Made by a program: the position numbers and the translations under genes
Shown: in pieces, positions 40,601 to 55,166 of the stretch
Layout of the letters: each line of letters begins with the position of its first letter
Position numbering within the stretch: the first letter of the stretch is position 1
From: Eledone cirrhosa
Taxonomy: Eukaryota
Direction: 5' to 3'
NCBI GenBank assembly: GCA_964016885.1
Contig: OZ024750.1
Span: 7,998,001-8,062,000, forward strand
DNA length: 64,000 nucleotides
The notes under the pieces: generated by a model
The model's input: only the letters and a program-made list of their open reading frames with translations
What the model was told of the DNA's origin: nothing
The model's database searches: none

Positions 40601-41341
40601 ATCGGTTCATAAATTAATAATATCAGTTTAGGCAGGAAATAGATTTATTTCTAAGCACTAAGAAATGATTTGTTTCGTCTAATTAAGTAGTTATATTTTT
40701 GCAAAGAAGCTGGCACGCTAAGTCTAATCAATGCACCAAGCTTATGGCTGATATAGAAATCAACGTCTCACTCTAACGCATTAGTTCCCAAACATATTTT
40801 GTTGCGGAACCTTTGTCCAATTTGTTATCAAAGTTAGCTGAATCTATACTCATAGTTTAGACAAAGCCCACTGTTGTAATCTTAATGACATTAAATAAAG
40901 CAAAATAACTTTAGGGAAGAAATTTAGTTATTTTTGTTAAAAATCATTCGCTTATACGCTGGAGATATTTTGGTGTCACTTTAGGAACGACTGTTGCTAG
41001 ACAAAATAAAAGTTAACTAAATGAGAATGAAATCCGAAACCACCAACCCTTAGAATATGTATACCAATCTGTTGTCACTTGTTCATGAATGAATTTCATA
41101 TGAATGAGAATATCTGAGTATTAACAAAATAATATAGATAATAAAAATATATTGTCCATAGGGATAATAAACTGAATAACAGGTCTCATACAAAGTAACA
41201 TTATTGAAATTGTGTCCTTGTATTTTCCTTTTGTATCTGACAAGGTGTTACATCCACGTAGCCAATTATGGCAAATATGTTAAATTATCAATTATGCGTT
41301 TTAGCAAGTTAATTGGAAAATAATTATTCAATGATACATCA

Positions 41342-41770
41342 ATTTATTCATTCAGAGTACCTCATTCTTACTTCAAATAAAATATAATTATTTTGTCGCT
41401 TGACCAAACTCAAACATATATGCGTGAAATTCAGTGTTTCATCACCTTCGAATGGCTATACCCCTCCCCAAACAAACACTATTGCAAATTTGTGAATTTT
41501 TGATTTAATGTCGATGTCACAGGAATCGTTGTTGGTCTAATTAGAGAATAATTAGTCAATGATAGATAGATTTATTCATTCAGAGTACCCCATTCTTACT
41601 TCAAATAAAATATTATTTTGTCGCTTGACTAAACTCAAACATATATACGTGAAATTCAGTGTTTTGTCAGCTTCGAATGGCTACACCCCTATCCAAACAA
41701 ACAATATTGCGAAATTGTGAACTTTTTAAATCTAATATAGATGTCACATATATTATTGTTGTTCTAGTTT
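41342..41770. repeat. Tandem duplication, ~228-bp period, ~1.9 copies
   Basis: atttattcattcagagtacc...cttacttcaaataaaatat at 41342 and 41570. Confidence 0.9.
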
Positions 41771-43360
41771 TAAACTATATCATAAAGTTGAAGTGGAGAG
41801 CATAATTGATTTTATACCAAATGTTATGGGAGATTTTTGCTTAAATGTATTGTTACGAAAACTTCCGCGAAGTGAAGTCAAAATGTTTAGTATTAACATC
41901 AGGTATATTACATCAGCTAAAAGATATTGAAACATAGAACGATTCAGTGTTTCTTAAGTGGTTGCAGTGAACACTACTTCACCTTGATTTTGATATTATT
42001 TTATAGGAAAATGTTGTCCATAGTTTTCTCTTTGATGTTGATTGTGAGAGAAAGTGTGTTTTTGTACTGCGTGTTTTTGCTTTCATCTACAACCCCATTA
42101 ACAAAAATGCTTTCAGAGCGAAAGTTATGGTAATAGACGATCTATAACCTAGTGGTTATAACAGAAAGTGTCACTGTATCTGTTTTTTTTTTCTTTCTCC
42201 CTTGGATTATTTCCCTATAACACAGATGTCTGTTTTGAAAAAATTATGATGACTGAAGTTAGATTGGCTATTTTATGGGATGTCATCCATCAAAGAATCA
42301 TTGCACAATCGGCAGTCATCAACTTCGGTTCTTAAACTAACCTTTGCCCTATCCTCATGAATTCTGCATCATTGATAAATACAGTCAAAACGATAGCCTT
42401 TATGTCGCTCAAAGTACTCGAAATTGCAAAACAACAATAAAACATAAATACTAATAACAAAATAGTCGCGTCACACTACAAGATTCAGAGAAATGCGTTG
42501 GTCATAGCATTCTGCTATATAAGTTGACTGGGACTAAGCAAAGGTCACAGGTTCAAACTATATTTCGTTTGATTTGTCTTCCATAATATTGAATTCTCTA
42601 AACTGTTGTTTCTGTTATTGATTACTCTTAGTTGAGCCCTGATCTTGAAGACCTACAAACAAATGTATTCTATCCGTGCGCATACTGTATTCTATGTAGT
42701 CATAATGTCCCCAGAACAACATTATCATTTTATACGAAGCAATATAGGATTTTCAGGGAGATTAGCCGCTATTATTTCTAGCAAACCGAACGACATGTTT
42801 AGACCTGCATGAAGAGTACTGTTGAAATCCGTTAGTTTGATGATTGAATTAAAAAGAAATGTCATGCCCCTAAATATAATATTATTTAATTCTATGTTGT
42901 CAGGCTACAACTAACAGGGTAATCATTGATTATTTTCTAACCTAGGAAATGGTAGGCCGAGTTTATAATACAAATTTGATAATGGGCATGTTAAAAAGAA
43001 TGTAACATTTCTATTGTCAGAAATCGAAAACCGCCGACCACTGTGTTTTCTAAAATACTATAAAAATGACCAACTATTCATTGAATAAACTTCAAAGTAA
43101 GTGCGTCTTCATAAAAGCCCATCTCGTTTAATTTTTGTATCCATCAAGATTATGACTTTCCAGCATCGAAAGAACAAGACAAAAAATTGTCAGATCTTCT
43201 TTGATGATATTTGTTGCAAAAAAACATACATTTAAGTTAACAACTAATATATTTCCATTATGGGTGAGAAAATAATAACCATAGTCTGTGTTCATTCGCT
43301 GAATTATTGCTCTACAGTAATTTAAAACAATAGTATTATATCGCACAGAAAAGAACGTTG

Positions 43361-43446
<86 letters not shown>

Positions 43447-43470
43447 ATGTCTCTTTTCCTATATATATAT

Positions 43471-43665
43471 ATAGGAAAAGAGGCAGGACCCCGACGGCTG
43501 AGCTCCGGCCGTTTCAACAGCTAGTTCGGATCTAGCTGTTGAAACGGCCGGAACTCAGCCGTCGAGGTCCTGTCTCTTTTCCTGTTACCGACTCTACTAC
43601 TCTAAGTATTGAGTACCCTGGTGCGTTATGGTCTACCTGGTTCCTTACCACACTTTCTTTGCATA
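43471..43665 (+). mobile_element. Family H copy with ~110-bp fold-back (43473-43583)
   Basis: Axis at ttcggat (43525-43531); right arm GAAACGGC-cggaactca-GCCGTC then family tail; inside (TA)n. Confidence 0.85.
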
Positions 43666-44554
43666 TTTATATATATATATATGATGTATGTGTGTAATGG
43701 AAATTTGTTTAAAAGCCGAACAATGTGTATGATGAGCACATGCCGAACATGGTTTTATTCAAACTATGTCAGTATAGTAGTAGTAGTAATAATATTAATA
43801 ATAATAAATAGTAGTGTTAGTAGTAGTTTCAGAGCACCATTAGTAGAAATGCGGCGTGTTATTGCCAGTTTTCAGTGTTCATTCTAATATATTTAGAAGG
43901 TTAATGTCTTTTAAGTTTGTAATTAATTCAATTTGACGGTGTTGGAAGTATAAAGAGTAGAAAGTATATCAATGTAATATTTTATCTCTTTACTGTTGGA
44001 GAAATGAAATTTGAATTGGTTTGAGTCAATGTTAAACGCATTGAGATAATATATTTCTATGTGATTTGAAAGCCGAACAATACATTTGAGGGAGGCAAAA
44101 CATGAGTTTTACTCAAAATATATAGTCTTAATAGAACTTTGACCGAAGTGCAGCCTTAACTCTCCGGCACCAGAAACTTATGTGCTGGTTTATTGATATT
44201 TACTGAAGATTGCATTCGAATTTATTATTCTAAGATTGAAAACTTTGAATAAAAACCTTGCTTTGTATATTTGCTTCGTGCACACTGTTCGCCTTTTAAA
44301 TTGCTTCTAAATTTTAAATTATCACATATTCACACACACACACACACATCACGCGCGCGCGCACTCTCACACACACACCACACCATAATTTATGGAGAAA
44401 AAATAAAGGGAAAATGTTAAAGAAGTAGAGGCATTAAGTAATAATGTTTGTTGTCATAATTCTGGTGATGTTTTGCCATTGATAAAATGTCTAAATTAGC
44501 CAAATGTTACTATAATACAGATGTGTTTTTTTGTTGATTTACGTTTAATAAGAA

Positions 44555-44925
44555 AACCCCGTGATAATAGAGGTTACAATACTTAAGTTATGGGCTTCCA
44601 AAATTTCCCCTAAAGCAGGTTTAACCCCCATTAGGGTGTCTTAATATTATTGAAATTCGCTGTAATTTTGTGAATAGGCATCATATCTTGTCATATACCT
44701 ATGGTTTAAATTTCATATAAATCGAAGTGAAACAATTTTCAGCGAGGGCAAGCGGCTGTTTGTGCCCCTGGGGAACCCTTTGATTAAAATGAAATATACT
44801 TATCCAAGTACCTTGGGCAATGTAGTTTCAGAATGTATATAGTTATGGGGATCTATCTCCAAAACCATAGGAGGAGTTCGTAAACAAACAAACAGACAGG
44901 AACTACAACTTTATATATATAGAGA
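44555..44925 (+). mobile_element. Possible non-autonomous Helitron/Helentron-like element
   Basis: Ends acaaacaaacagacagg...actttatatatatagagat, a terminus typical of such invertebrate elements; by eye only. Confidence 0.4.
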
Positions 44926-45079
44926 TTTAATATTGTTATTAAGTTGAAATTATACAAGAAGGCTGTAACCTCGATGCTTAGTCTGATATCCTCAAAATCA
45001 AATATTTTTATGACGTTCTGTTTTATCATCATATACTTTACATCACATTTAAAAGTTCTGGCATTTTTAAAGCTTCATC

Positions 45080-45650
45080 TTTGACTTTTCAGGACGGGCA
45101 AAATGTCATCTTCTTCATCGCCAGCGAGTAATCTAATTTCTTTTCTAGCAGATTGTTGATTGTTTGCAAGCAATCTTTCTTTTTTCTTCTTTCCTTTAAG
45201 AAAATCACTTTTCACTTACGTTTTACTGGAATTCTCGTTAATAAAGGTCCATCTTCTCTATGTCACTAGCTCCAGTTTGACTCTTGTATTTCCTTAACCA
45301 TTTTATTCAGTTCTTCCTTTTATATTTTTGAGTAGAGTTTTGTTAGCTTCTACGTTTCTACTTGATGTTGTTTGCATTAATTCTCTTAGGTAGATGTTGT
45401 CTGCTATTAGGAGAAAACAACATATTCTTTTTTTCTAGTTGTACCAATACAATCATCATTAGCTCTGTCCTTTCTTTCTACTTCCATGCGATTATCTTCT
45501 CAGTAGTCTCTTCCCATTATCTTCAGAAATATATTCCCGCGCTAACAAGTCTTTATATCATTTGGATATTGTCAGTAGGTCTAGATCTTTCAGAGCACCC
45601 CGATCATATTTGGTTTCCCTTGGTTGTTTTTGGGCCAGGCGTAGGCCCAA
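45080..45650 (-). pseudogene. Decayed LINE (RTE-like, post-endonuclease region) remnant
   Basis: Minus strand gives KYDRGALKDLDL...ETTEKIIAWK with a K/E-rich broken frame; A-rich strand bias. Confidence 0.3.
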
Positions 45651-45784
45651 GTTGAATCTGTTGTTGTGTGTGTGTGAGGGTGTGTGTTGTGTTTTTATGT
45701 TGTATGAATGTATTTCCCCTACATCTATAGTGTGTGTATGCTTGCTTTGGTTAGGGCAGTAGTTCTCAGTCTACTAGTGTGGTT

Positions 45785-46160
45785 ATATATATATTATATA
45801 TATATATATATATTATATAATATATATATATATATATTATATAATATATATATATATATATTATATAATATATATATATATATTATATAATATATATATA
45901 TGTATATATTATATAATATATGTATATATTATATAATATATGTATATATTATATAATATATGTATATATTATATAATATATGTATATATTATATAATATA
46001 TGTATATATTATATAATATGTGTATATATTGTATAATATATGTATATATTATATAATATATGTATATATTATATATATATATATTATATAATATATATAT
46101 ATATATATTATATAATATATATATATATATATATATTATATAATATATATATTATATGGT
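45785..46160. repeat. AT-rich minisatellite incl. 20-bp (TGTATATATTATATAATATA)n
   Basis: Direct inspection. Confidence 0.95.
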
Positions 46161-47084
46161 TGTACTGTCTCTGTGCATATTTTTGGTCTGTGTGTGTCTA
46201 CGTGCGTTTGCCTTCACACTCCCGTGTGCGTACGGGCCCAAGTATCAGGGAATGTGTGTGCGTGCACACACGTGCACCAGATAGTATAACCTTCTAGCTG
46301 TGTAACTTTAGGCTAGTTGGGTTGGGCGGTTGACTGGTTGCAAATCCTTGGATGTGTATGTAATCCAGATACACGGTGTTGGGCCTGGATTGGAGTTATA
46401 GTATGGACAAAGATTAAAAGGGAAGGAGGTGTTCTGTATGATTGCTGGGGGAGAGGTGATTGCACTATGTACATGTGCATTCTATTCACGTGTGGTGAAG
46501 TAAATACGAAGTAAGTAAGAAAGGTCTTAAACTAAGGAAATATCGTGCCAACGGATAATTTAAGTCGATAGTCATATGGAAGGTTGAAAGGAGACTAAGT
46601 AGTAAATGACCATAAATTCCGTTCTAAACAGCTTCAATTTAGAGATTTAAAGAGCTTTAAGATTTATAATTGTCCTGTCACATCGAATGTACGAAGATTT
46701 ATATTTGTCATAGTAGAAGACAGAAAAGACCTTTCTAGAATATTTTATGTTTAGTATATAATACTAGATGATCATGTGAAGAAAATGAAATGTCAGTACT
46801 TGTTTGTAGTGAGCTTATTTATGAATATATAAATATAATAGTGACACATGCTAACGAGAGAGAGGGAGTTGTTGACAAGGAAAGTAATAACGACAGTGAA
46901 AACAATGATGGTAATAGTGACAGCTGTTAATCCTTTCAATATTAACACTATTGCCATTATCGGCTATTGATTTCTTTGATGTTATCATTGTAAAATTTAA
47001 AATAGATGAAATTGGGGTGAGACGAGAAAATGTGTGACGTTGGAATGAGTATCCTCCACCCCCAACTAACTTACCCTTTCCCTC

Positions 47085-47170
47085 TGGGTCCCGGCCGACA
47101 GGATGGAGAATATATTGCCTCAGAGGGTGGTGAGGGAGGCCCGCTGAAACAGTCGGTCCGCCTAACATAA
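47085..47170 (+). mobile_element. Repeat family R copy
   Basis: ggtcccggccgacaggatggagaat...gcctcagagggtggtgag. Confidence 0.5.
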
Positions 47171-47393
47171 GTTAATTATGAGTAGGATAGATGTGATTAG
47201 AAGCTAATCTTCCATTATTAAACTTCATGCATTTTGGTTAAGTTTTCTAATTCAAATGTGGCAGTTATTTTATTCGTTGCTCAGCAGCTTTGTCATTCTA
47301 CAGGAGTAATTATGTTTAACTCATTGGGACTGAATACAAGCTAGTGACGGTTATATTCATAAGTTGAACTTCACTTACAGCTTGAGGTTCACG

Positions 47394-47775
47394 TACTCTC
47401 GGGTTCCCAATAATAGGGGGTGGAATAAGCCGGGAAGTGGGGTTAAAAATCTGTAATTTTTCTAGGTTGACTCCATTAATATTTTGGAAATCAGAATTAG
47501 TCTGTTAGGTTACATATTGAGACCCCCATCCCATTCTATTTATTTTATACCATATGAGATTTCTTGTAATGTTCTCTTTTGTTATGTATAATGTTTATTA
47601 ATATATAAAGAAAATTATTTATTGCAGGAATGCTACGACTTAAAATAAAATTTCGCCGGAGATAGATTAGCTAAATTTAATAAGCAGTGGGGTTTGAATA
47701 AGAGGGGGGTAGGGACTGAAAAAATCTGAAAAAATAATTAGTTTGGGCTGGAGGATTATTCGAGACCCCAGAGTA
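47394..47775. mobile_element. TIR MITE (Tc1/mariner-pogo type)
   Basis: TACTCTCGGGTTCCCAAATAAT ... ATTATTCGAGACCCCAGAGTA imperfect TIRs with TA ends; internal aataag-G-rich repeats. Confidence 0.7.
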
Positions 47776-48857
47776 ATGTAGGAGCTTCCTAATATATCAA
47801 CTTACTGTATATAATTTACATGTGTAAATTATGTGTATAGATTAATTGTAGATACACATGGTTATTTTTTACAAAACCAATTCATGTAAGGAAATTCAAA
47901 AAGAGAATGAACCAATGGAAACAACGCCAGCAATAGATAGTTAGAGAGTATTAAGAAAGCGACTAAAATGAAAGTTTCATTGTTTTCTCTTCTTACATTA
48001 TGAATTAGTCCATTGCGCTTCGTGTTATTTCCCATGGCGTATATTTACCAAAGTGTGTGTGTGTATTAAGATATCTTCTATTCTGCCCTTCGTACGCTGT
48101 TATTTGTTGATTTCTTTTTTGCGATATTGTTTGTCTCATATCTACTCTCGTTTAATATGCGTTTATGAAAACCAAAGTAAACAACTCCCATGAAATAATA
48201 CCAAAGATATAATTCCGTGTTGCAATAAAATTGTCAGTAAAACTCCATCCATATGTAAAATACAATTAATTCAAGATCTCATTGCAAGGATTGTCTCTGA
48301 GCAAGTGGGTTTATTTATTTTATCGGTTGTAAGCTCAATAAAATATACAAATCTATACGTGGATGAAAATAGATGAAGAGATATCCCTCTATCAGATGTA
48401 TACACTAGATCGACCCTTGAACTGACACCGAAAACAGGAAACGACTCGGTAACATACACATTTAGCTATATTTCGAATTTGTTTTTAATCATTGATCTAT
48501 ATACACGTTGATGGAGTCCATTTAATGCTTCACACATCACATGTTATCGATCACTCAGCCTAGTCATACTGCTTTTAATTGACCGCTGTTAGTTATGTTG
48601 GAAAACAGTATTTTCAACCAGGACGTGAATCTATGGTTATTTGTAAGCAATATTTATCAAGTTAAACCAGTTTATTATAATATGGACTTTAAATATTTTG
48701 TAAGATATACATAGAAGGTAGTGGTGATGGTGAGAGCTAAGTAGACGGATAATACATGTAATGAGATGTTTTAAAGTATGTTTGTAGGGAAAATGTATGG
48801 AAAATCGGAACAGGGTTGTACATTTAAATCGTGACAAATAATTTAAAATATGATAAT

Positions 48858-49041
48858 TGTTTATACTTTTGACACAAGGCCAGCAATTCACCAGTGTATT
48901 ACTGGTACTTTATTTTATCGACCCCGTAAGGATGAAAGGCAAAGTTAACCTCGGCGGGATTTGAACTCAGAATGGCAAGGGCCGTAACTCTATGCGTCAA
49001 AGCATGGCGTCCGACCCTCTACCGATACCGCCAATCCACCG
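48858..49041 (-). mobile_element. SINE family A, young full-length copy with 20-bp TSD
   Basis: TSD ataatttaaaatatgataat at 48838-48857 and 49042-49061. Confidence 0.95.
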
Positions 49042-49401
49042 ATAATTTAAAATATGATAATGACAAAATGTCATAAATAAATGAACAGAAATATCTTATA
49101 ATTTAAAGCACAACATAAGCAGGTGAAATCAATACGTCGAACAACATAATTAAATTTAATGCTGGAAAACTGTTGAATCTATATTTAAAAAAATAATAAT
49201 TAAAGTGAAATCCGAAATGAAAATATGTAGATAATCATAATCACACACATGCACACGTGTCTGTGTGTGATGTAGGAATCTGCAACTTGACTATATCCGG
49301 GTGCGTAGAGATCAAATTAGAAAAATCGAAATAAAGCTAAATATGTATGTTACTAAGGCATTTTCCTCTCTTTGCTACAACAGTTCCCTACACTTTGTTC
49401 T

Positions 49402-49454
<53 letters not shown>

Positions 49455-49547
49455 GATAGAGAGAGAGAGTCTGTGGTGTTAAAACCAAGGAGCCCACGCA
49501 AGCTGAAAGCGCTTGTCGCCGCGGTCAAGACTTTTCCTATCTCTCAC

Positions 49548-49583
<36 letters not shown>

Positions 49584-49627
49584 CCTCTCTCTCTCTCTCC
49601 CCCTCTCACTCTCCCCCTCTCAATCAC

Positions 49628-49875
<248 letters not shown>

Positions 49876-50214
49876 TATATATATATATATATCCACACAC
49901 ACGCATTTCTTTCACAACAGTTTTGCATCAAAGTAATCATGTATAAAACAGATCAATATCCAGCCATCAGGTTTATCTCACACCATGAAAAATTGCTTGT
50001 TTTGAATTGTGTGCACCTTTGCCTCTTAATTCTCGTCATCCTTTATTTCTCCCTGAAAATCCTACTAAGAGTGACTCCATTATTTGGCCTGATATGGTTG
50101 GCTATACATATATTAATTAAGAGGGTTATTCTTACGTCTCACTGTTGTATAGTACAGTAAATATTGTTACATAGACTAACGTATTCAATGAAATATTTTG
50201 TTTTATATTTGTAG

Positions 50215-50323
50215 TACGACGCTGTGTCAGTGCAGGACAACAATTCAGTATCTCGCGCCAAAATGAGTTTACGTAAAAATGAAAGATCGAAACAGAGATT
50301 ATCTGGAGTTCAAGAAAACCAAG
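50215..50323 (+). CDS. Candidate exon (YDAVSVQDNNSVSRAKMSLRKNERSKQRLSGVQENQ), product unknown
   Basis: Acceptor ttttatatttgtag, perfect donor AAG|GTAAGT, frame open throughout; could also start at the internal ATG; ends in phase 1. Confidence 0.65.
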
Positions 50324-51802
50324 GTAAGTTTAGTTATTTGGTTACTGAATAAGTGTTTGAGGATCCCCTACACATATATGCACACAGTCACACATATACA
50401 TAGATACATACATGCATACATAGACACATACATAAATGTATAAATACATGCATACATGGATATATAAATGCATACATGCACAAATACATGCATACATAGA
50501 TACATACATAAATGCATAAATACATGCATGCATAGATATATACATAAATGCATAAATGTATACATACACATACATACTTGATGAGAAGTTCAGCGTCTTC
50601 AGACGATAGCCATCTCTTTTTGTTTCTTCATTGCCATCCCATCCACACCTATGACGTCATAGATGACGTTTTAGACCAGCTGCAGATCTGCATGCTATCG
50701 AATGCTGCAAATGTATGATGTAAGCAACTGTTACTCGTATCTAAAGTGTTTGCTCCCCTGTAGGACAATCATGACTAGACACTTGCCAAAAACGGCAATA
50801 ACCAATCTCCAATACTCGATCTCTTCTACAGTTTGTCTTGCAGAAGAGGCAATGTGTTTTTAACACACCCTCTACTTTGCCAGAGAGTATAAACGTAAAA
50901 TCTTTACATTTAATCTATTCCCAATATATATCGATGTATAAAGTTTTCAGTAGTTAACATTTGATACAATTTATGAGCTTGAATTTAGGAATATTTTTCA
51001 TAGTCCATGATCGTTGTGGTTACACTACATTTCCTTTCGAGATAAGCAGCCAGGCAAGTTATATAGAGGCGATATTACTTACATACAACAACCCATAAAT
51101 TTGCTACAGTTAAACATCACAATTCAGACGTTGAATTAATAGAAGAAATAGAAAACTGATTTTATTAAGTTCTTAGAAAAACAACCTTCTTATTTGCTTT
51201 ATATATAATGCTTCTATTTTCTTGTAAAAGATGGACTTCTGTCGATTGAAAACCCATTCGTTTATCATTGTTATTGAAGTTAGTTCAGTTGGTAGATTTA
51301 CGACTGTTTATCTCCGGCTGACTTGAAGATACTTCTTGAGTCTTTGCTCCTGAATATAGATTGCTAATTTGTCAGAATATTGTTGGATTGTTTGTCAATA
51401 TCCTTCTCCTATTTGTCAAGTACACATTTAATATAATATCAGCTTTGAATTTCTCGTATCAATTTTGGTAATATATAGTTGTTGTTGCAATGGTGGTTTC
51501 AAGAAGAAAACAATATTGTCTGAGTATAAATTTATTGCCCAGCTCATATTTATAACTACATTTTACAAAGTATATTTTAGTATTGTTGTGGTTTTTATGA
51601 AACTCTAATGGCTTCACGACTCCTTGATTTATCATCAATACATGTATATATTTTGTAAAATAATTTAATTTAGGAGGGAAATTGCGACAGAAATATGTAA
51701 ATCTTTTAATACTTTTTATAGCTGTAATTTAATATACATACGTGCACACACACACGTACGGATACATACATACATTATATATATATAAATATATGTATAT
51801 AT

Positions 51803-52225
51803 ATATATTACTTCAACATATTAATAAATATAGACATTCATGTGATCAAATATATTTTATTATACATATTTCAGAGGTACTGAGCTATTTCAACAGTACG
51901 TCCTCATCAGATAAAATAAGTTGATGCCTGACATACCTTGACTATGTTGATGGTTATAATTCAGTCATGGCAGTATTATAACCATCAACATAGTCAAGGT
52001 ATGTCAAGCATCAACTTATTTTATCTTATGAGGACATACTGTTGAAATAGCTCCGTATCTCTGAAATATGTATAATCAAATATATTGATCACATGAATGT
52101 CTATATTTATTAATATTTTGAAGTAATATTAATAAATCCAGAAAACCTTTTTTACTGTAGAGTGCTTCTAATCTATTGTGAAACTTTATTCATTGATTAA
52201 TTCATTGAACCTTGTTAAACTTTAT
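51803..52225 (+). mobile_element. Large fold-back element (arms ~51803-51960 / 51975-52130) with HHR-like cores, in (TA)n
   Basis: ~155-bp arms around a 14-nt loop; left arm (minus) CTGATGAggacgtactgttGAAA; right arm extends ~95 bp further. Confidence 0.85.
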
Positions 52226-52501
52226 ATATATATATGTGAGTGTGTGTGTGTATATGCGTGTGTGTGTGTGTTTAGCAATATTCGTAGGTGTGAAAAAGGA
52301 GGAAAACAGTGTTCAATCGGGAAGACAGCAGAAATATTATATTATTTATTTATGTTCATATTCGAAACAAGAGCGCTGCTCATAAACTTCTATAAGCGTC
52401 TGGAGAAAGTTCACAATTTTGATCCCTCCTACACTTCTGGAGATATGGTCAATGTTGGGCCTTGAAACCTTAGGTAGTGTTATTGTTCTATATTTGAACA
52501 T

Positions 52502-52538
<37 letters not shown>

Positions 52539-53084
52539 CACTGCTGTTTCGTGTAATTTATGTAGTTACGTAATATATATAGTTGCATACAATTATATTT
52601 AGTTTCAAGGAAAGTCTATGCATATTATTTTACTTATTATTTATTTTGTCACATTTACTATCTGTGGTTATTTTAGTTGTGGTGTAGATATTACAGATGA
52701 TGTTAGTATCGATTTTATCATTATTTATGGCTACTTCGTCTGCAGTGAGATATGATAAATTTTGCTGGATATGACACGAGGAACTTAAGAATAAAAATAA
52801 CAAAACATATTCTGATTCAATTAGACAAAAAGTGATTAGTTCAGAAAAAGGGGCGAAGTAGACGGGGAAAAGAATATATAGAAAAGATACTAAAACTAAT
52901 ATATGTCCATATTTAAGACAGGTATCATCTACATATGAATGGCTGACTATCTGTCAGTTTAAGCTTCCGATATTTTTTGTCTCTGTATGAACGTTTATGT
53001 TTCTAGCAATTTATATGTGTATTGTTTTCTTTATTACTCAAATCTGTCGTTCATCATGCTTGTCAGTCTGTATTTATACTTAAA

Positions 53085-53442
53085 TAGGTCTTTATGATTA
53101 TATATATATATAAAAGTTTTCATGATTATATACATATAAATATCTTTAAGATTATATATATATATATATATGTCTTTATGATTATATATATATATATATA
53201 CATATAAATGTTTTTAAGATTATATATATGTATTTTTGATTATATATATATATTTATATATATATGTCTTTATGATTATATATATATATTTATATATATA
53301 TATGTCTTTATGATTATATATATTTATATATATATGTCTTTATGATTATATATATATATATATATATATATGTCTTTATGATTATATATATATATTTATA
53401 TATATATGTCTTTATGTTTATATATATATATGTCTTTATGAT

Positions 53443-53470
<28 letters not shown>
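53085..53470. repeat. Variable-length minisatellite (GTCTTTATGAT(TA)n)
   Basis: About 12 recurrences by inspection. Confidence 0.9.
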
Positions 53471-53478
<8 letters not shown>

Positions 53479-53701
53479 CGACTATTTCTCTCCCATCATA
53501 GTTGTTTATTGAATTGTTTCCACATCCTAGCAATATATCATTTCGTCTAAAAGCATGAGAGTAACTTTCCGAAAGTTTCACGGAAGCAGTATATTTTACT
53601 GATTTCATTCTTTGTTTCCTTATACAAAACTAGAAGCAACTTTCACATTCTAATGTATATGCATTGTCATGTTCTGTTGCTGAAAATACTTTATTATTTC
53701 T

Positions 53702-53882
53702 GTGGATTGGCAGTACGGTAGAGGGTCGGACGCCATGCTTTCCAGCATAGTTACGTCCCTTTACGATCTGAGTTCAAATCCCGCCGAGGATGACCTTGCA
53801 TATCATTCTTACAGGGTCGATAAAATAAAGTACCAGTAATGCACTGGGCAAGTGCTGGCCTTGTGCCTAAAGTAGAAACAAG
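53702..53882 (+). mobile_element. SINE family A
   Basis: gtggattggcagtacggtagagggtcggacgccatgc...gtgcctaaagtagaaac. Confidence 0.9.
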
Positions 53883-54480
53883 TATTTCTTTTACTATCAG
53901 GTTACGATAGCGTTTTTATTTCATGTCGAAATGTTTGTTTATCCTGAAATTTTCAATTTCTAAATGTCATGGATTATTTGTCAAGCCAGAAGATAGATCT
54001 GTAAGACTTGATCTGATCTGCAATCACATGTTTTAACTTTGGTAACTTTGATACGTTGATAAGTTCTGTCTAACTTAATAGCACCAGATATCAAAATCCT
54101 TTTCTTCAAATTATGATTCACACCCCAGTCATATTTTGGTATCATGTCTCACAACAAAAAAAAAAATGTTAATGTTTTCGGAGGCATATCCGTGTGTAGG
54201 TGTTTATTCGGAATCTCTTGAGGAATTTGTTCAAGGACACGTTGAACTTTAATGTATTTCAGATCTAATCTATTTTGGTATGATACTAAAGAGAGCAGAA
54301 GCAATTGAAGTGTGATAATTGTACCGTAATTTTGTTATGTATTTAGTTGTTTTTGTTTTGTTGAATCGCCTGTCTGAGGAGCAGGTTATAATGGAGTTGG
54401 GTCAATAACTTTTATGAGTGATCCTGAGCCAAACCTCTGCGAAACGCGTGTAACATGTCGTTGCACGATAAAAAACTAAA

Positions 54481-54630
<150 letters not shown>

Positions 54631-54668
54631 ATATATATATATATATATAATATCATTATTATTGGCTC

Positions 54669-54833
54669 TGGATTGACAGTATCGGTAGAGGGCCGGACGC
54701 CATGCTTTGACGCATAGTTACGGCCCTTTCCATTCTGAATTCAAATGCTGCTGAGGTTAACTTTGCCTTTCATCCTTACGGGGTCGATAAAATGCACTGG
54801 GTAATTGCTAGCCTTGTACCAAAAGTAGAGACA
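54669..54833 (+). mobile_element. SINE family A with 14-bp TSD
   Basis: TSD attattattggctc at 54655-54668 and 54834-54847. Confidence 0.9.
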
Positions 54834-55097
54834 ATTATTATTGGCTCGTGATTCTGTGAATGCATAGGTGAAACTCCAGCAACAAGATTCACCAATTATC
54901 CAAAGAATATTTAAAGTCTACATCAGTATTGAATACTCACACACACACCCACCAATATCAAATGAATATATATGTGCGTGGTTTTGTGTACATATTGCAG
55001 TACTCTGCATAGAGGGAGATATTGGCTTCTGCTCAGATAAAACCGCGTGTTGTTTTCAATTTCCTTTTAAAGCCATTTCAATTTCCCTTCACTCCAG

Positions 55098-55166
55098 AAA
55101 ATATCCTTGACATTTCAGAAGTTCATCCTTCTTCTCTGAAACATTGTGTCATTGAGTTGAATCTCG
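55098..55166 (+). CDS. Candidate phase1-phase1 exon (ENILDISEVHPSSLKHCVIELNL) following 50215-50323
   Basis: Strong acceptor ttcaatttcccttcactccag, possible donor G|gtggga, in frame with the previous exon; otherwise reads to TAA at 55258. Confidence 0.35.

Noticed and set aside
51803-52130. A-to-I editing imprint between fold-back arms
   Set aside because: The few mismatches are mixed types including CpG decay; no bias can be claimed by eye.
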